Below, piece after piece: positions 7,853-18,107 of a stretch of DNA of 64,000 nucleotides. Origin of the DNA: Nostoc sp. (GTDB lineage Bacteria; Cyanobacteriota; Cyanobacteriia; Cyanobacteriales; Nostocaceae). The stretch spans positions 32,001 through 96,000 of the forward strand of contig JBALDB010000054.1 in assembly GCA_036918135.1 (NCBI GenBank), written 5' to 3'. The stretch's first letter is position 1. Each line of letters begins with the position of its first letter. The translations under genes were made by a program, and so were the position numbers. The notes under the pieces are model-generated. The model did not search any database and was not told the origin of the DNA. It saw nothing but the letters and a program-made list of their open reading frames with translations.

Positions 7853-10192
7853 ATGAGCCAGTCCGAAGATATTACTACCCAAGCCTCTGCTGTGACTAAT
7901 CACGAGCAGAAACCTATTCATATACCTGGCTCTATTCAACCTCATGGCGTACTCTTAGCACTTAGTAACCAGCTAGAAATAGTACAAGTAAGTAATAATA
8001 CTCAAAAATATTTGGGGAAACAGCCAGAAGATTTGTTTGGTCAACCCCTGAGCTATTTGCTCGATCCAAAAAAAGTAGAAGCTGTTAAGCAGTGCTTGGT
8101 GAAAAAAATTGGTAGTTCTAATGCATTTAAAGTCTTAATAAATACTCTAAATGGCGAACAATATTTTGATGCTATTGTTCATCGTACACAAGAGGCTGTG
8201 ATTGTAGAGCTAGAACCGACTGACTCGAAATCTGAATTGAGTTTTTTGGGCTTTCATGCTTTGGCGGGTGAAGCGATCGCAAAAATGCAAAGTACATCCA
8301 ATCTCAGAGAATTTTTGCAGATTGTGGCACAGGAAATCCAACAAATTGTTGGTTTCGATCGGGTGATGATCTATCAATTTGACGAATCACAAGCTGGTTC
8401 TGTTGTTGCAGAAGTCAAACGAGAGGATTTATCACCTTATTTAGGACTCCATTATCCCGCTACAGATATTCCAGCCCAGGCTAGGGAATTATACACACGT
8501 TGCTTTCTCCGATTCATCCCCGATTTGACTACCGAAGCTGTTAAGTTAGTTCCCACAGAAAATCTCACAACATATGAGCATCTTGATTTAAGCTACTCTG
8601 TCCTCCGAAGTTTTGATTGGTGTTGTACTGAATATCATCAAAATATGGGAGTTAAGGCTCTTTTGGTGATTTCGCTGATTCAAGAGCAGAAGCTTTGGGG
8701 ATTAATATCTTGCCATCATCAAACACCAAAATATATTTCTTACGAAGTACGCAAGATGTGCGAATTTTTGGGACAGATAGTCTCTTCGGAATTAGCGCAC
8801 AAAATTAGTCACTCGGAATGGGACTATGAAGCAAAGCTCAAATCGCTACAGTCTGAGTTTCTCCAGTCAATTTCCGAAGCAGACAATTTTATCGATGCCT
8901 TAATCAAACCTGAAATTCGTTTGCTGGGTCTAGTTAGTGCCTCAGGAGCAGCAATTTCTTTGGATAATGAAGTTGCGCTTGTGGGAGCAACACCGAATAT
9001 TGAACAAGTTCGCGGATTAATTGAATGGGCAGATAATCAAGTTAATGACAACCTGTTTTCCACTGATTCTTTGCCAAAGCTTTACCCAGAAGCGCTGACC
9101 TTCAAAGATACTGCTAGTGGCTTGCTGCTACTGCGGATTTCTAAAATCCAGCGCTATTACATCCTTTGGTTTCGTCCTGAAGTCATTAAAACGGTACACT
9201 GGGCAGGTAATCCCAACGAATTTATTCAAGCTCAGGCAGATGGTAGCCTCACCGTGCCTGTGCGTAAATCTTTTGCTGCTTGGCAAGAAACGGTTCGATT
9301 AACTTCTCTACCTTGGAGAGCGTCTGAACTTAAGAGTGCTGTTGGTTTGAGAAATGCGATCGTTGGTATTGTACTCTCGAAGGCCGATGAGTTAGCGAAA
9401 ATTAACTTAGAGTTGGAGCGCAGCAACCAAGAACTAGCCTCCTTTGCCTACGCTGCTTCCCATGACCTCAAAGAACCTTTGCGAGGTATTTATAACTTCT
9501 CGACGGTACTGCTGGAAGACTATGCCGAAATATTAGATGATGACGCAATTGAATATTTGCAGACAGTAATCTCCTTGTCTGTACGTATGGAAACACTGAT
9601 TAATGCGCTGCTGCGACTCTCCCAGTTAGGACAAGCACATTTACGAAAGCAAGCAACCGACCTCAACGAATTGGTCGCTCAAGTAATTGAAGTCTTCGGT
9701 GCTAGTCGCCAGAACTCTGGACTAGTCGATATTCGCATTCCTCGACCTTTACCTATAGTTCAATGCGATCGAGTTCTCGTCAACGAAGTCTTCAGTAACC
9801 TGATTGGTAATGCTCTCAAATACAACGATAAGCCACAGCAATGGATTGAGATTGGCTACCTAGATAAGGACACTCTGACACGGGGAAACTCTGAGGCGGG
9901 GAAAGATGAGAACACCGAGAAATTACTCACCGCGTCAGAACGTCATTCCCTCACAACGTCTTCTTTCCAATCCCCCATCTTTTATGTGCGCGATAACGGT
10001 ATTGGAATTCCAGAACATCATTTAGAAACCATCTTTCGACTATTTAAGCGGCTCCACTCCCAGGAAAAATACAGTGGCGGCACAGGTGCAGGGCTAGCTA
10101 TTGTTAAGAAAATTATTGAGCTTCACAATGGTCAAATTTGGGTTAAATCTATCGTAAGCATTGGCTCAATATTTTATTTTACGCTCGAATAG
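7853..10192 (+). CDS. cyanobacterial phytochrome histidine kinase (PAS-GAF-PHY-HisKA-HATPase), tandem-cysteine type
   Basis: PIHIPGSIQPHG, GFDRVMIYQF, HYPATDIPAQAR, LRSFDWCCTEYHQNMGV, WFRPE, WAGNP, SHDLKEPLR, VRDNGIGI, GTGAGLAI. Confidence 0.95.
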   Translation: MSQSEDITTQASAVTNHEQKPIHIPGSIQPHGVLLALSNQLEIVQVSNNTQKYLGKQPEDLFGQPLSYLLDPKKVEAVKQCLVKKIGSSNAFKVLINTLNGEQYFDAIVHRTQEAVIVELEPTDSKSELSFLGFHALAGEAIAKMQSTSNLREFLQIVAQEIQQIVGFDRVMIYQFDESQAGSVVAEVKREDLSPYLGLHYPATDIPAQARELYTRCFLRFIPDLTTEAVKLVPTENLTTYEHLDLSYSVLRSFDWCCTEYHQNMGVKALLVISLIQEQKLWGLISCHHQTPKYISYEVRKMCEFLGQIVSSELAHKISHSEWDYEAKLKSLQSEFLQSISEADNFIDALIKPEIRLLGLVSASGAAISLDNEVALVGATPNIEQVRGLIEWADNQVNDNLFSTDSLPKLYPEALTFKDTASGLLLLRISKIQRYYILWFRPEVIKTVHWAGNPNEFIQAQADGSLTVPVRKSFAAWQETVRLTSLPWRASELKSAVGLRNAIVGIVLSKADELAKINLELERSNQELASFAYAASHDLKEPLRGIYNFSTVLLEDYAEILDDDAIEYLQTVISLSVRMETLINALLRLSQLGQAHLRKQATDLNELVAQVIEVFGASRQNSGLVDIRIPRPLPIVQCDRVLVNEVFSNLIGNALKYNDKPQQWIEIGYLDKDTLTRGNSEAGKDENTEKLLTASERHSLTTSSFQSPIFYVRDNGIGIPEHHLETIFRLFKRLHSQEKYSGGTGAGLAIVKKIIELHNGQIWVKSIVSIGSIFYFTLE

Positions 10193-10244
10193 TTTAAGAT
10201 AGTTACCAATTATATACATTTGTTAAGTTCTTTTAAGACCAGAA

Positions 10245-10715
10245 ATGAAAAAAAAACTTCATGAGCCTCTGCTCGTTGTTGAGGACAGCAATGAAGATTA
10301 TCGGATGTTACAACGTCTGATGCGGCGCATGTCCGTCCAGAACCCCATACATCGTTGCACTAATGGTGATGAGGTTTTAGATTTCCTCCATCAGCAAACG
10401 AGCGATTATGCCCAGGGCGAAGACCTACTCAACTCTAAAGTAGTACCACGACCTTCTGTGATCTTGCTCGATCTCAATTTGCCAGGTATTGATGGGCGTG
10501 ACATCTTAGACCGACTCAAGCAAGACAAGAGTTTTAAGCAAATCCCGGTCGTTGTTTTTACTACATCATCCAACCCCAAAGATATTGAATTGTGCTACCA
10601 AAAGGGCGCAAACGGATATCTAGTAAAGCCGATGGATGCTCAAGAACTAAAAAAGACGATGCAGGCGTTCGTGGACTACTGGCTTGAAGCCAATACGTCC
10701 CCCGTGTTGGATTAA
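10245..10715 (+). CDS. single-domain response regulator (Rcp1-like phytochrome partner)
   Basis: LLVVEDS, ILLDLNLPG, FTTSSNPKDI, GANGYLVKP, YWLE. Directly downstream of the phytochrome. Confidence 0.92.
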   Translation: MKKKLHEPLLVVEDSNEDYRMLQRLMRRMSVQNPIHRCTNGDEVLDFLHQQTSDYAQGEDLLNSKVVPRPSVILLDLNLPGIDGRDILDRLKQDKSFKQIPVVVFTTSSNPKDIELCYQKGANGYLVKPMDAQELKKTMQAFVDYWLEANTSPVLD

Positions 10716-11059
10716 TTTGTTTATTTTCTACCGAGCGGGCAGTTAAGAACAAAGGGCACAGAGACATTCTCGTCTTTGAGTCACTGTTTTTGCTTGTTTA
10801 GCTGGAAAAAGGACTATGGAGTAGGCTAAGGATTGCTTTTCTATGTTTTGTTGTGGGATTTTTTGATGAATGATAGTCCTAGATTCGTTTTACCCATTTT
10901 CCTGTTTTTATTACTGTCTTTTACTATATTGAGATGGTTGAGAATTGCTAAAGAATTTAGATTTTATTTATATTTATTTGATATTGATTTTAGAATAATC
11001 CAATAAAACCCAATCTGGATAAAAGGGATTTACATCGCTCCCCAATCCTCATACGTAAT

Positions 11060-12931
11060 ATGTTGGACACATGGACGCTACTCATCATCGATGATTGTAC
11101 AGCAGATCGGAAAATCTATCGTCGATATCTTTTGAAAGATCCGCACCAGTCCTACCAGATTTGGGAGGCAGACTGTGCAGAAGAAGGACTTGCTTTGTGT
11201 CAAAAGATGCACTTTGATGTCATTCTGCTGGATTTTTGCCTACCTGATATGAGTGGGTTAGAACTTTTCGATCAGCTCAAGCAGGAAATATTTCAGACTT
11301 CTGTACCTGTGATTATGTTAACAGGGCGTGGTGATGAAGAAATTGCTGTGCAAGCAATGAAACGAGGTGCCCTAGATTATTTGGTCAAACAGCACTTAAC
11401 ACAGGATGTATTGCAACTAATAGTCCGCAACGCCATCAAGCAATTGTGCTTGCAAGCCCAACTCAGTAAAACTCAGGAGCGGCAGCGCTTAATTGCTACA
11501 ACTGCTTTGAGAATTCGTCAGTCTCTTGACCTAGAGCAAATTTTGAATACGGCTGTAGCCGAGGTACAGCAACTTTTAAAGTGCGATCGCGTGATAGTAT
11601 ATCAATCTGCCGCAGATAGAGAAGGTAAAATAGTTGCCTCTTCAGTTGAGTCATGCTGCACTATAGCAGTGTGCGATCGGGTAGGGGATCGCAAAGAGGA
11701 CACAGAAAAAACTCTATGCGCCGCCTTTGAGCGATCGGAACTTCTGCTAAGAAAGACGCTGCGCGAACGAACCACACAAACACAAGAAGTCCCAGGGTCT
11801 GCTTCTGGCGCTCGAAACTTTGGAGGACACAAAGATACAGATTTTTTCACTGCATCAGAGCGTCATCCTGTCACCACCTCTTATTCCCAATCCTCAATCC
11901 CCATTGCCCCTAATCTCCTTCAGGAGTACCGAGACCCCCAATCCCCAATCCCTCATATTTACGAGCTTGGGTTGTGTAATTGTCTGAGCTTGAAAGAGCA
12001 ATTTAATACTCAATCAAATCTCGTGGTTCCGATTAATCTGAGCAACAATGGCAACCCAACTCCTAAGCCTTGGGGTTTGTTGATTGCTTTCCATAATTCT
12101 TTTGAACAACAGTGGCAAGCTGATGATGCCCAGATGCTCAATGAAGTATCGGTGCAACTAGCGATCGCTATCCAGCAAGCGGAACTGCTAGCCCAAACTC
12201 AAGCAGCCCTAGCAAAAGAAAAGCAACTCAATGCATTTAAATCCCAAATTATTGGCACGGTTTCTCATGAGTATCGAACGCCCTTAACTTCTATTCTGGC
12301 TGCTGCATCAACTTTAGGAAAACATAGCCAGCAACTTGATGAGTCGAAACAACAAAAGTTTCTGGGAATTATTGAACAAAAAGCCAGGTATATGTCCAAA
12401 CTTGTGGATAATATGCTTTTGGTTAACCAATTTGAAGTCGATAAACCGAAGCTCAAGCCAACGCAGCTTGACTTATTGCAATTTTTTTCTGAACTGATAG
12501 AACAAGAGCGAGAAATAGCAGGCGATCGCCACGAATTGATTTTTAAAGTTACCGGGAGTAACCACGGCTTTTGGGGCAATCGCGGACTTTTGCAGCAAAT
12601 TTTTAATAACTTAGTGTCCAATGCAATTAAGTATTCTCCAGATGGAGGTACTGTAGAGTTTCACCTGATCGGCAAAGAATCACAAGTCATTTTTTCCGTC
12701 AAAGATTGGGGAATTGGTATCCCAACGGCAGATCAAGAAAATTTGTTTCAATCTTTCAGTCGTGGAAGTAACGTTGATACAATTCCCGGCACAGGTTTAG
12801 GGTTGGCGATCGCCAAAGCTTGTGTAGAATTACATGGTGGTAATATCACCTTATTGAGTCAAGTGGGACAAGGAACTAAAGTTACAGTCAGCTTACCGAA
12901 GGTATTCCCAACCGCTCAAGCTAATTTGTAA
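11060..12931 (+). CDS. hybrid sensor kinase (REC-GAF-HisKA-HATPase)
   Basis: LLIIDD...ILLDFCLPD...DYLVK; LRIRQSLDLEQIL...CDRVIVY; SHEYRTPL; NAIKYSP; DWGIGI; GTGLGLAI. Confidence 0.92.
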   Translation: MLDTWTLLIIDDCTADRKIYRRYLLKDPHQSYQIWEADCAEEGLALCQKMHFDVILLDFCLPDMSGLELFDQLKQEIFQTSVPVIMLTGRGDEEIAVQAMKRGALDYLVKQHLTQDVLQLIVRNAIKQLCLQAQLSKTQERQRLIATTALRIRQSLDLEQILNTAVAEVQQLLKCDRVIVYQSAADREGKIVASSVESCCTIAVCDRVGDRKEDTEKTLCAAFERSELLLRKTLRERTTQTQEVPGSASGARNFGGHKDTDFFTASERHPVTTSYSQSSIPIAPNLLQEYRDPQSPIPHIYELGLCNCLSLKEQFNTQSNLVVPINLSNNGNPTPKPWGLLIAFHNSFEQQWQADDAQMLNEVSVQLAIAIQQAELLAQTQAALAKEKQLNAFKSQIIGTVSHEYRTPLTSILAAASTLGKHSQQLDESKQQKFLGIIEQKARYMSKLVDNMLLVNQFEVDKPKLKPTQLDLLQFFSELIEQEREIAGDRHELIFKVTGSNHGFWGNRGLLQQIFNNLVSNAIKYSPDGGTVEFHLIGKESQVIFSVKDWGIGIPTADQENLFQSFSRGSNVDTIPGTGLGLAIAKACVELHGGNITLLSQVGQGTKVTVSLPKVFPTAQANL

Positions 12932-13046
12932 TACTCGCCCTAGTGTGAGAAGCAAGTTATGTGTTTTTGATAATTATTACCCCACACCGCGCATGTGGGA
13001 GCTTGAATAATGAATAAAAACTTTAAAAACTGGAAGTATCGATTTT

Positions 13047-13931
13047 GTGTTATTTCAAGGTTTTCTCAACTTAAACAAACCTTATAACTGGACTTCTCAC
13101 GACTGTGTGGCACGGGTGCGAAAACTATTGCGCCTCAAACGTGTGGGACATGCGGGTACTTTAGATCCAGCAGCTACCGGGGTGTTACCCATCGCTGTTG
13201 GTAAAGCCACAAGACTATTGCAATATCTACCAGAAGAAAAAGCTTACAAAGCCACAATTCGGTTAGGTGTGCGTACCACAACCGATGATTTACAAGGTGA
13301 AATTATTAATTCTCAAGCTTGTGCTGGATTGAATTTGGCACAAGTGAAAACTGCACTATCAAAATTTCAAGGAAAAATTGAGCAAGTACCACCAAGTTAT
13401 AGCGCAATTCAAGTCGATGGAAAACGTCTCTACGACTTAGCACGTAAAGGTGAAATAGTAGAAGTTCCAGTGCGAACAGTGGAAGTTTTTCACATAGAGA
13501 TTTTGGACTGGCGAGAAGGAGATTTTCCAGAATTGGATGTGGCGATTGCCTGTGGAAGTGGTACATATATTAGAGCGATCGCTCGTGACTTGGGTGCAAT
13601 TTTAGAAACTGGTGGCACCCTTGCGGCTTTAATTCGTACCGAAAGTAGTGGTTTTAATTTAACAGATAGTCTGACTTTGACAGATTTAGAAACACAACTG
13701 CAAGCCGGAATATTTCAACCCATTTCTCCAGATGCGCCATTACAACATCTATCATCAGTTACTTTACCACTAACAGCTGCTCAAAAATGGTGCCAAGGTC
13801 AGCGAATTTCTCTAACTTTTGATGTTCCTGGAATAGTGCGAGTTTACGATCGAGAGACTCGCTTTTTAGGTATTGGAGAATTACAAGATGAAGTGTTGAT
13901 TCCCCAAATGGTTTTTGAAGCTATTTCTTAA
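13047..13931 (+). CDS. truB: tRNA pseudouridine(55) synthase
   Basis: [48 protein letters not shown]. Confidence 0.97.
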   Translation: MLFQGFLNLNKPYNWTSHDCVARVRKLLRLKRVGHAGTLDPAATGVLPIAVGKATRLLQYLPEEKAYKATIRLGVRTTTDDLQGEIINSQACAGLNLAQVKTALSKFQGKIEQVPPSYSAIQVDGKRLYDLARKGEIVEVPVRTVEVFHIEILDWREGDFPELDVAIACGSGTYIRAIARDLGAILETGGTLAALIRTESSGFNLTDSLTLTDLETQLQAGIFQPISPDAPLQHLSSVTLPLTAAQKWCQGQRISLTFDVPGIVRVYDRETRFLGIGELQDEVLIPQMVFEAIS

Positions 13932-14031
13932 AGTAAGCGAACTTAAATGAAATTATGATTTAAATTAGAGGATTAGAAACTAAAACTTAAGGTATTTTAG
14001 AACATTTATTTGCCAGAGAGGAGAACGGCGA

Positions 14032-14904
14032 GTGATGAATGATCGCCACAGTTACAATACTACTGCTGCAAATCTCAACGTCTACGTCCAAGGTCAAGGA
14101 TTTCCCATTTTAGCCCTACACGGTCATCCTGGTTCTGGTCGTAGTCTTTCTGTGTTCACTAATCATTTATCAAAATGCTACCAAACTTTTGCCCCAGATT
14201 TACGTGGATATGGTAAAAGTCGCTATTATGGCAATTTTGACATGAATGACCATTTGAATGACTTAGAAGCCCTGCTAGACCGTTTTGATATTCAAAAATG
14301 CTTATTATTAGGATGGTCACTTGGCGGTATTTTGGCAATGGAACTGGCATTACGTCTGCCAAAGCGCGTTACAGGTATGATTTTGGTAGCGACAGCCGCA
14401 AAACCGCGTGGTAGTCATCCTCCCATTACTTGGCAAGATAATTTATATACTGGTGTTGCTGCCTTACTAAACTATATAAAACCGAGTTGGCAGTGGAATA
14501 TTGAAACCTTTGGCAAGCGATCGCTTTTTCGCTACTTAATCCAACAACATACATCTATTAGTTACAGTTATATTGCCACCGAAGCAGTGCCGGCATATTT
14601 ACAAACCTCTTCTGCTGCGACTCGCGCTCTTTATAGCGCAATTCAAGCCGGGTATGACAGACTTTTAGACTTGCCACAAATTCAATGTCCTAGTTTGGTA
14701 CTTGCTGGAGTCCAAGACCGTCACATCACAGTTGATTCCAGCTTAGAAACTGCTCGACACCTGAACAATAGCCAATGGCAATCCTATCCCAACACTGCCC
14801 ACCTTTTCCCGTGGGAAGTTCCCCACCTGGTACTAAATGACATTGACCGTTGGTTAGAAGAACATCCCCAGGTAACAGGACGCGGCGACGCAGTGACGCG
14901 GTGA
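14032..14904 (+). CDS. alpha/beta fold hydrolase
   Basis: LHGHPG, PDLRGYGKS, GWSLGG, D...AHLFPWE. Confidence 0.9.
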   Translation: MMNDRHSYNTTAANLNVYVQGQGFPILALHGHPGSGRSLSVFTNHLSKCYQTFAPDLRGYGKSRYYGNFDMNDHLNDLEALLDRFDIQKCLLLGWSLGGILAMELALRLPKRVTGMILVATAAKPRGSHPPITWQDNLYTGVAALLNYIKPSWQWNIETFGKRSLFRYLIQQHTSISYSYIATEAVPAYLQTSSAATRALYSAIQAGYDRLLDLPQIQCPSLVLAGVQDRHITVDSSLETARHLNNSQWQSYPNTAHLFPWEVPHLVLNDIDRWLEEHPQVTGRGDAVTR

Positions 14905-15000
14905 AAGAAGATGCGAAGAAGGGGAAATGTAAGGACGACGTGCTAAAAGAATTCTCGGTGTCCCCGTTTCTTTGTGTCTCCGTGTCCTCGCGTCTTCTTC
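14879..15000. repeat. inverted GACGCGG / CCGTGTC heptamer repeat cluster (possible bidirectional terminator)
   Basis: ggacgcggcgacgcagtgacgcggtga on the left and gtgtctccgtgtcctcgcgtcttcttc on the right, between convergent genes. Confidence 0.6.
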
Positions 15001-15012
15001 ATTCTGCCTAAA

Positions 15013-15315
15013 TTAAATTTGACCGCCAAAGGCAGGCTGTACTTTGCGGTCAAACCTTTCCCCCAAGTCTTCAGCAATTGTTAAATTATCGGGTTTACAA
15101 CGTTTGACATTTACTGTAATTCCCTGCGCTCCTTCAATCTCCAAATCTTCTATATATCCCATGCTAGCCAATTTTGCTTCAGAAGAACTCAGAAATGGCC
15201 CGAAGTAATACGTGCAGCGGGGATTTTGCGTTACAATCTCTACCCACCAAGCCAAGCCGAAGTAGTCGAATGTATTAAGCAACCCTTCCTTGAGGTTATG
15301 CCAAATGGTTTTCAT
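15013..15315 (-). CDS. DUF1816 family protein
   Basis: GLAWWVEIVTQNPRCTYYFGPF...GYIEDLEIEGA...KRCKPDNLT. Confidence 0.85.
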   Translation of the reverse strand: MKTIWHNLKEGLLNTFDYFGLAWWVEIVTQNPRCTYYFGPFLSSSEAKLASMGYIEDLEIEGAQGITVNVKRCKPDNLTIAEDLGERFDRKVQPAFGGQI

Positions 15316-15402
15316 AGTTTTCGCCGATTTATAAACGTGCTACAGGGTGTCAAAAAATATGTTACTTGATTAACATTTACATTTCTTTATACTCTTTTAG
15401 GG

Positions 15403-16374
15403 TTATTTTTTCAAAGAAGTTTTTTGTAATTTATCTAAATGCAGGGTATTTAGCGACCGCTGGCGATAAATTTCATAGAGTGCCATGCCTGCTGCTACCG
15501 AGGCATTGAGGCTAGGAGTTTTGCCCTGTAAGGGAATTGATACTAAGACATCGCACGAGCGTTGAGTTAACATACTCAGACCTTCACCTTCAGAACCAAT
15601 TACTAAAGCGATAGGCCCGCTAAAATTGACTGTATGTAAGGGTTCACTGCCAGTTGCAGCAGTACCATAAATCCAAAACCCAGCAGTTTTTAATTCTTCT
15701 AAAGCGCGGCTAAGGTTGACAACTCTTGCTACAGAAAAATTTTCTAAAGCACCTGCTGCAACTTTGACAACAGTGGAAGTGATCCCAGAAGCCCTTCTTT
15801 GAGGTATCACTAATCCTTGAGCGCCGATTGCCTCAGCAGTGCGAATAATTGCTCCCAAGTTGTGGGGATCGGTAATTCCATCAGCCACAACAATTACGGC
15901 ATCGGTTACAGATTTTGCTTGCTCTATCAGATCCGGCAATTCGATGTAGGTGTAGGGAGCAATTTGTGCCGCCACACCTTGATGATTAGAGTTATTGGTA
16001 ATTTGATCTAAGCGCTTGGGTTCAACTTCGTCAATAACTGTACCATTTTCTTTTGCTTGCAAAAGTAAATGATGAAAGTTGGGATCGTAGCGCAGACGGG
16101 TAGTAATCCAGATGCGGTTGAGACCGCGCTGATTTTGCAATGCACTCAATACGGGATGACGACCGTAAATTAAATCGCTATCTTCTGTTGATTTTGTAGA
16201 TAAAGAGGGATGGGAGAAGTTGCTATTTTGTCGGCGGGAGTTGTCAATAGGCTTACTATCTATTTTTTTGGGATTGCGAATCGGATTAGTAACAACACGC
16301 TTGCCCTGAAGTTTTACGGGTTGCCCACGATTCGGTTCGCTGGAAGTCTTCATTTTACTCGGTTTATTCGACAT
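15403..16374 (-). CDS. rlmB: 23S rRNA (guanosine-2251-2'-O)-methyltransferase
   Basis: [45 protein letters not shown]. Likely ATG at 16374; the ORF extends to 16419. Confidence 0.95.
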   Translation of the reverse strand: MSNKPSKMKTSSEPNRGQPVKLQGKRVVTNPIRNPKKIDSKPIDNSRRQNSNFSHPSLSTKSTEDSDLIYGRHPVLSALQNQRGLNRIWITTRLRYDPNFHHLLLQAKENGTVIDEVEPKRLDQITNNSNHQGVAAQIAPYTYIELPDLIEQAKSVTDAVIVVADGITDPHNLGAIIRTAEAIGAQGLVIPQRRASGITSTVVKVAAGALENFSVARVVNLSRALEELKTAGFWIYGTAATGSEPLHTVNFSGPIALVIGSEGEGLSMLTQRSCDVLVSIPLQGKTPSLNASVAAGMALYEIYRQRSLNTLHLDKLQKTSLKK

Positions 16375-16466
16375 TTGAGTTTTAGGATATAGCGTATAGT
16401 AGGCATCTCGATCGGCCAATTTCCCAGACCTATCTCTACTGTTTTAATGATTCGTGAAAGTTCTCA

Positions 16467-16946
16467 CTATTTGTTTAGATGGAGTATTTCAAATAGTTCG
16501 GTTAGGCGCTGGTAATCGGTGAGATACAGGTAGCCAATTAAGGTTTCTAGACTAGTTGCCTGTTGATAAATTTCGGGATCGAGTCGCTTAGGGCGTCCTG
16601 TGGCAGCGTTTCGACCCCGGCGGATAATTTCTAATTCGCTGTCCCTCAGATGAGGAGTTAGCGATCGCAAATGTAGCGCTTGTGTTTCCGCTCTTACCTG
16701 TGCCACTACTAGACGATGGTAAGTTTCTGGTCGCTGTAGTGGTAGCAGATAGAACATTCTAACATACACTTCATAAATTGCATCCCCCAAATATGCTAAA
16801 GCAGTGGGAGAAATTTGTTGTACTTGTGAAAGAGAAATCTGTTGGGATAATGGCGCTGTAGTTGCCAAGAGTGCTTGAGTCCAAGATAAATTCTCTTTTG
16901 GAGTTTCATCTTGTCCATCTAATAGCTCTTCCTCCTTTGACTTCAC
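16467..16946 (-). CDS. mrnC: mini-ribonuclease III
   Basis: LAYLGDAIYE, RRGRNA, YQQATSLETLIGYLYL. Upstream of rlmB. Confidence 0.93.
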   Translation of the reverse strand: MKSKEEELLDGQDETPKENLSWTQALLATTAPLSQQISLSQVQQISPTALAYLGDAIYEVYVRMFYLLPLQRPETYHRLVVAQVRAETQALHLRSLTPHLRDSELEIIRRGRNAATGRPKRLDPEIYQQATSLETLIGYLYLTDYQRLTELFEILHLNK

Positions 16947-17505
16947 AAATAAATGATTCCTTGACTAGCTCAATTTTTCAGGCATTCTTCGCAAAGTATT
17001 GATATTTCTGAAGTATGCCATCAGAATATACCTAGCATAATCAACACTATCAAAATTACTGACTAAATTTTATCTTTTTTGATTAAAACTTTGCATTTTG
17101 GATCGCTCTGATGTCAACCTTCTGTGAACATAATTTCGTATACTGATTGTGGTCTATGCCTTACATTAGATAAAATTTTGACATCCTAGCTCTCCTTTGA
17201 AATTCACTACATTGCTATATTTGCTTAGTAGGCAATGAATCCCAAGCTGAAAATATCAAGTAAAGTTTAGATATACATTAATCTGTTGGCTTTGTTTGCT
17301 GACAACTTTCTTTGGTTTGAGCTTTTATCAAAATATCATAACCAACAGGTTAATGATTTTATAAACAAATCTCCAAACTTCCTTTTCTAGTCTGCAAATT
17401 GGCTGTTTATATCTTTATCCTTAGTCAGTTTTAAATATAATAGCCAAACTGGCTTTTTGCCTCTCCCACAAGGAGAGAGGTTTTTGCCAGAAGTTTTAAT
17501 AATTG

Positions 17506-17533
17506 AGCTATCCGATGTTGAATCTGGATAGCT
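17506..17533 (-). terminator. stem-loop downstream of the STAS gene
   Basis: AGCTATCC...GGATAGCT inverted repeat about 30 nt after the stop codon. Confidence 0.45.
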
Positions 17534-17565
17534 TAAGTTAATCTCAAGAGGTCGAGCAATCAAGA

Positions 17566-17904
17566 CTACTTGACATTTTCTAGAGCATCTTCAACTGATT
17601 TTTGCAGGGAGAGAAACTTCTCTAGGCGAACAAGCTTGACCGTTTGAGTTACGCGGGCATTCGTGACAATTTGCAAAGTGCCATTAGCGTTTTGAGCCTT
17701 CTTGGCTGCCTGCACCAGAGCACCCAAGCCAGAGCTATCAATAAAGTCGATTTGTGAAAGATCCAAAATAATATGCTTAGGACCTTCGTCAATCTTGCTC
17801 TCAAGTACCTTGCGAAATGTCGGCTCAGAAAAAGCATCTAACAAACCTGTGAGGCGGAATAGCTGGCAGTTATCCCGGATTTCACGAGTGCCTCTCAGGC
17901 TCAC
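17566..17904 (-). CDS. STAS-domain anti-sigma factor antagonist
   Basis: IILDLSQIDFIDSSGLGALV. The true start may be an ATT at 17928 (see findings). Confidence 0.93.
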   Translation of the reverse strand: MSLRGTREIRDNCQLFRLTGLLDAFSEPTFRKVLESKIDEGPKHIILDLSQIDFIDSSGLGALVQAAKKAQNANGTLQIVTNARVTQTVKLVRLEKFLSLQKSVEDALENVK

Positions 17905-18026
17905 GGTTAGATTTAGTGGCTCAGCAATAATTCCCTCCTCATAAGTTTAAAGTGAACGCTCAAGTATAGATGGTTTTTGAGCAAGTTGTCTACAATCTGC
18001 TGGAGTAAGGGGGATTGGACAAACAG

Positions 18027-18085
18027 GGAGTCGTGAGTTAGGAGTTAGGAGTTACCCCCCCTGCTCCCCTGCTCCCCTACTCCTG
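18027..18085. repeat. STRR-type short tandem repeats (GAGTTAG and CCCCTGCT)
   Basis: gagttag gagttag gagtta followed by cccctgct cccctgct cccctact. Confidence 0.7.
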
Positions 18086-18107
18086 TGCTTGCTCATTTCC
18101 ACAGTAC

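Noticed and set aside
16947..17565. Possible ncRNA in the 620-bp gap between mrnC and the STAS gene
   Set aside because: Only short terminator-like hairpins in AT-rich DNA; no recognisable RNA family.
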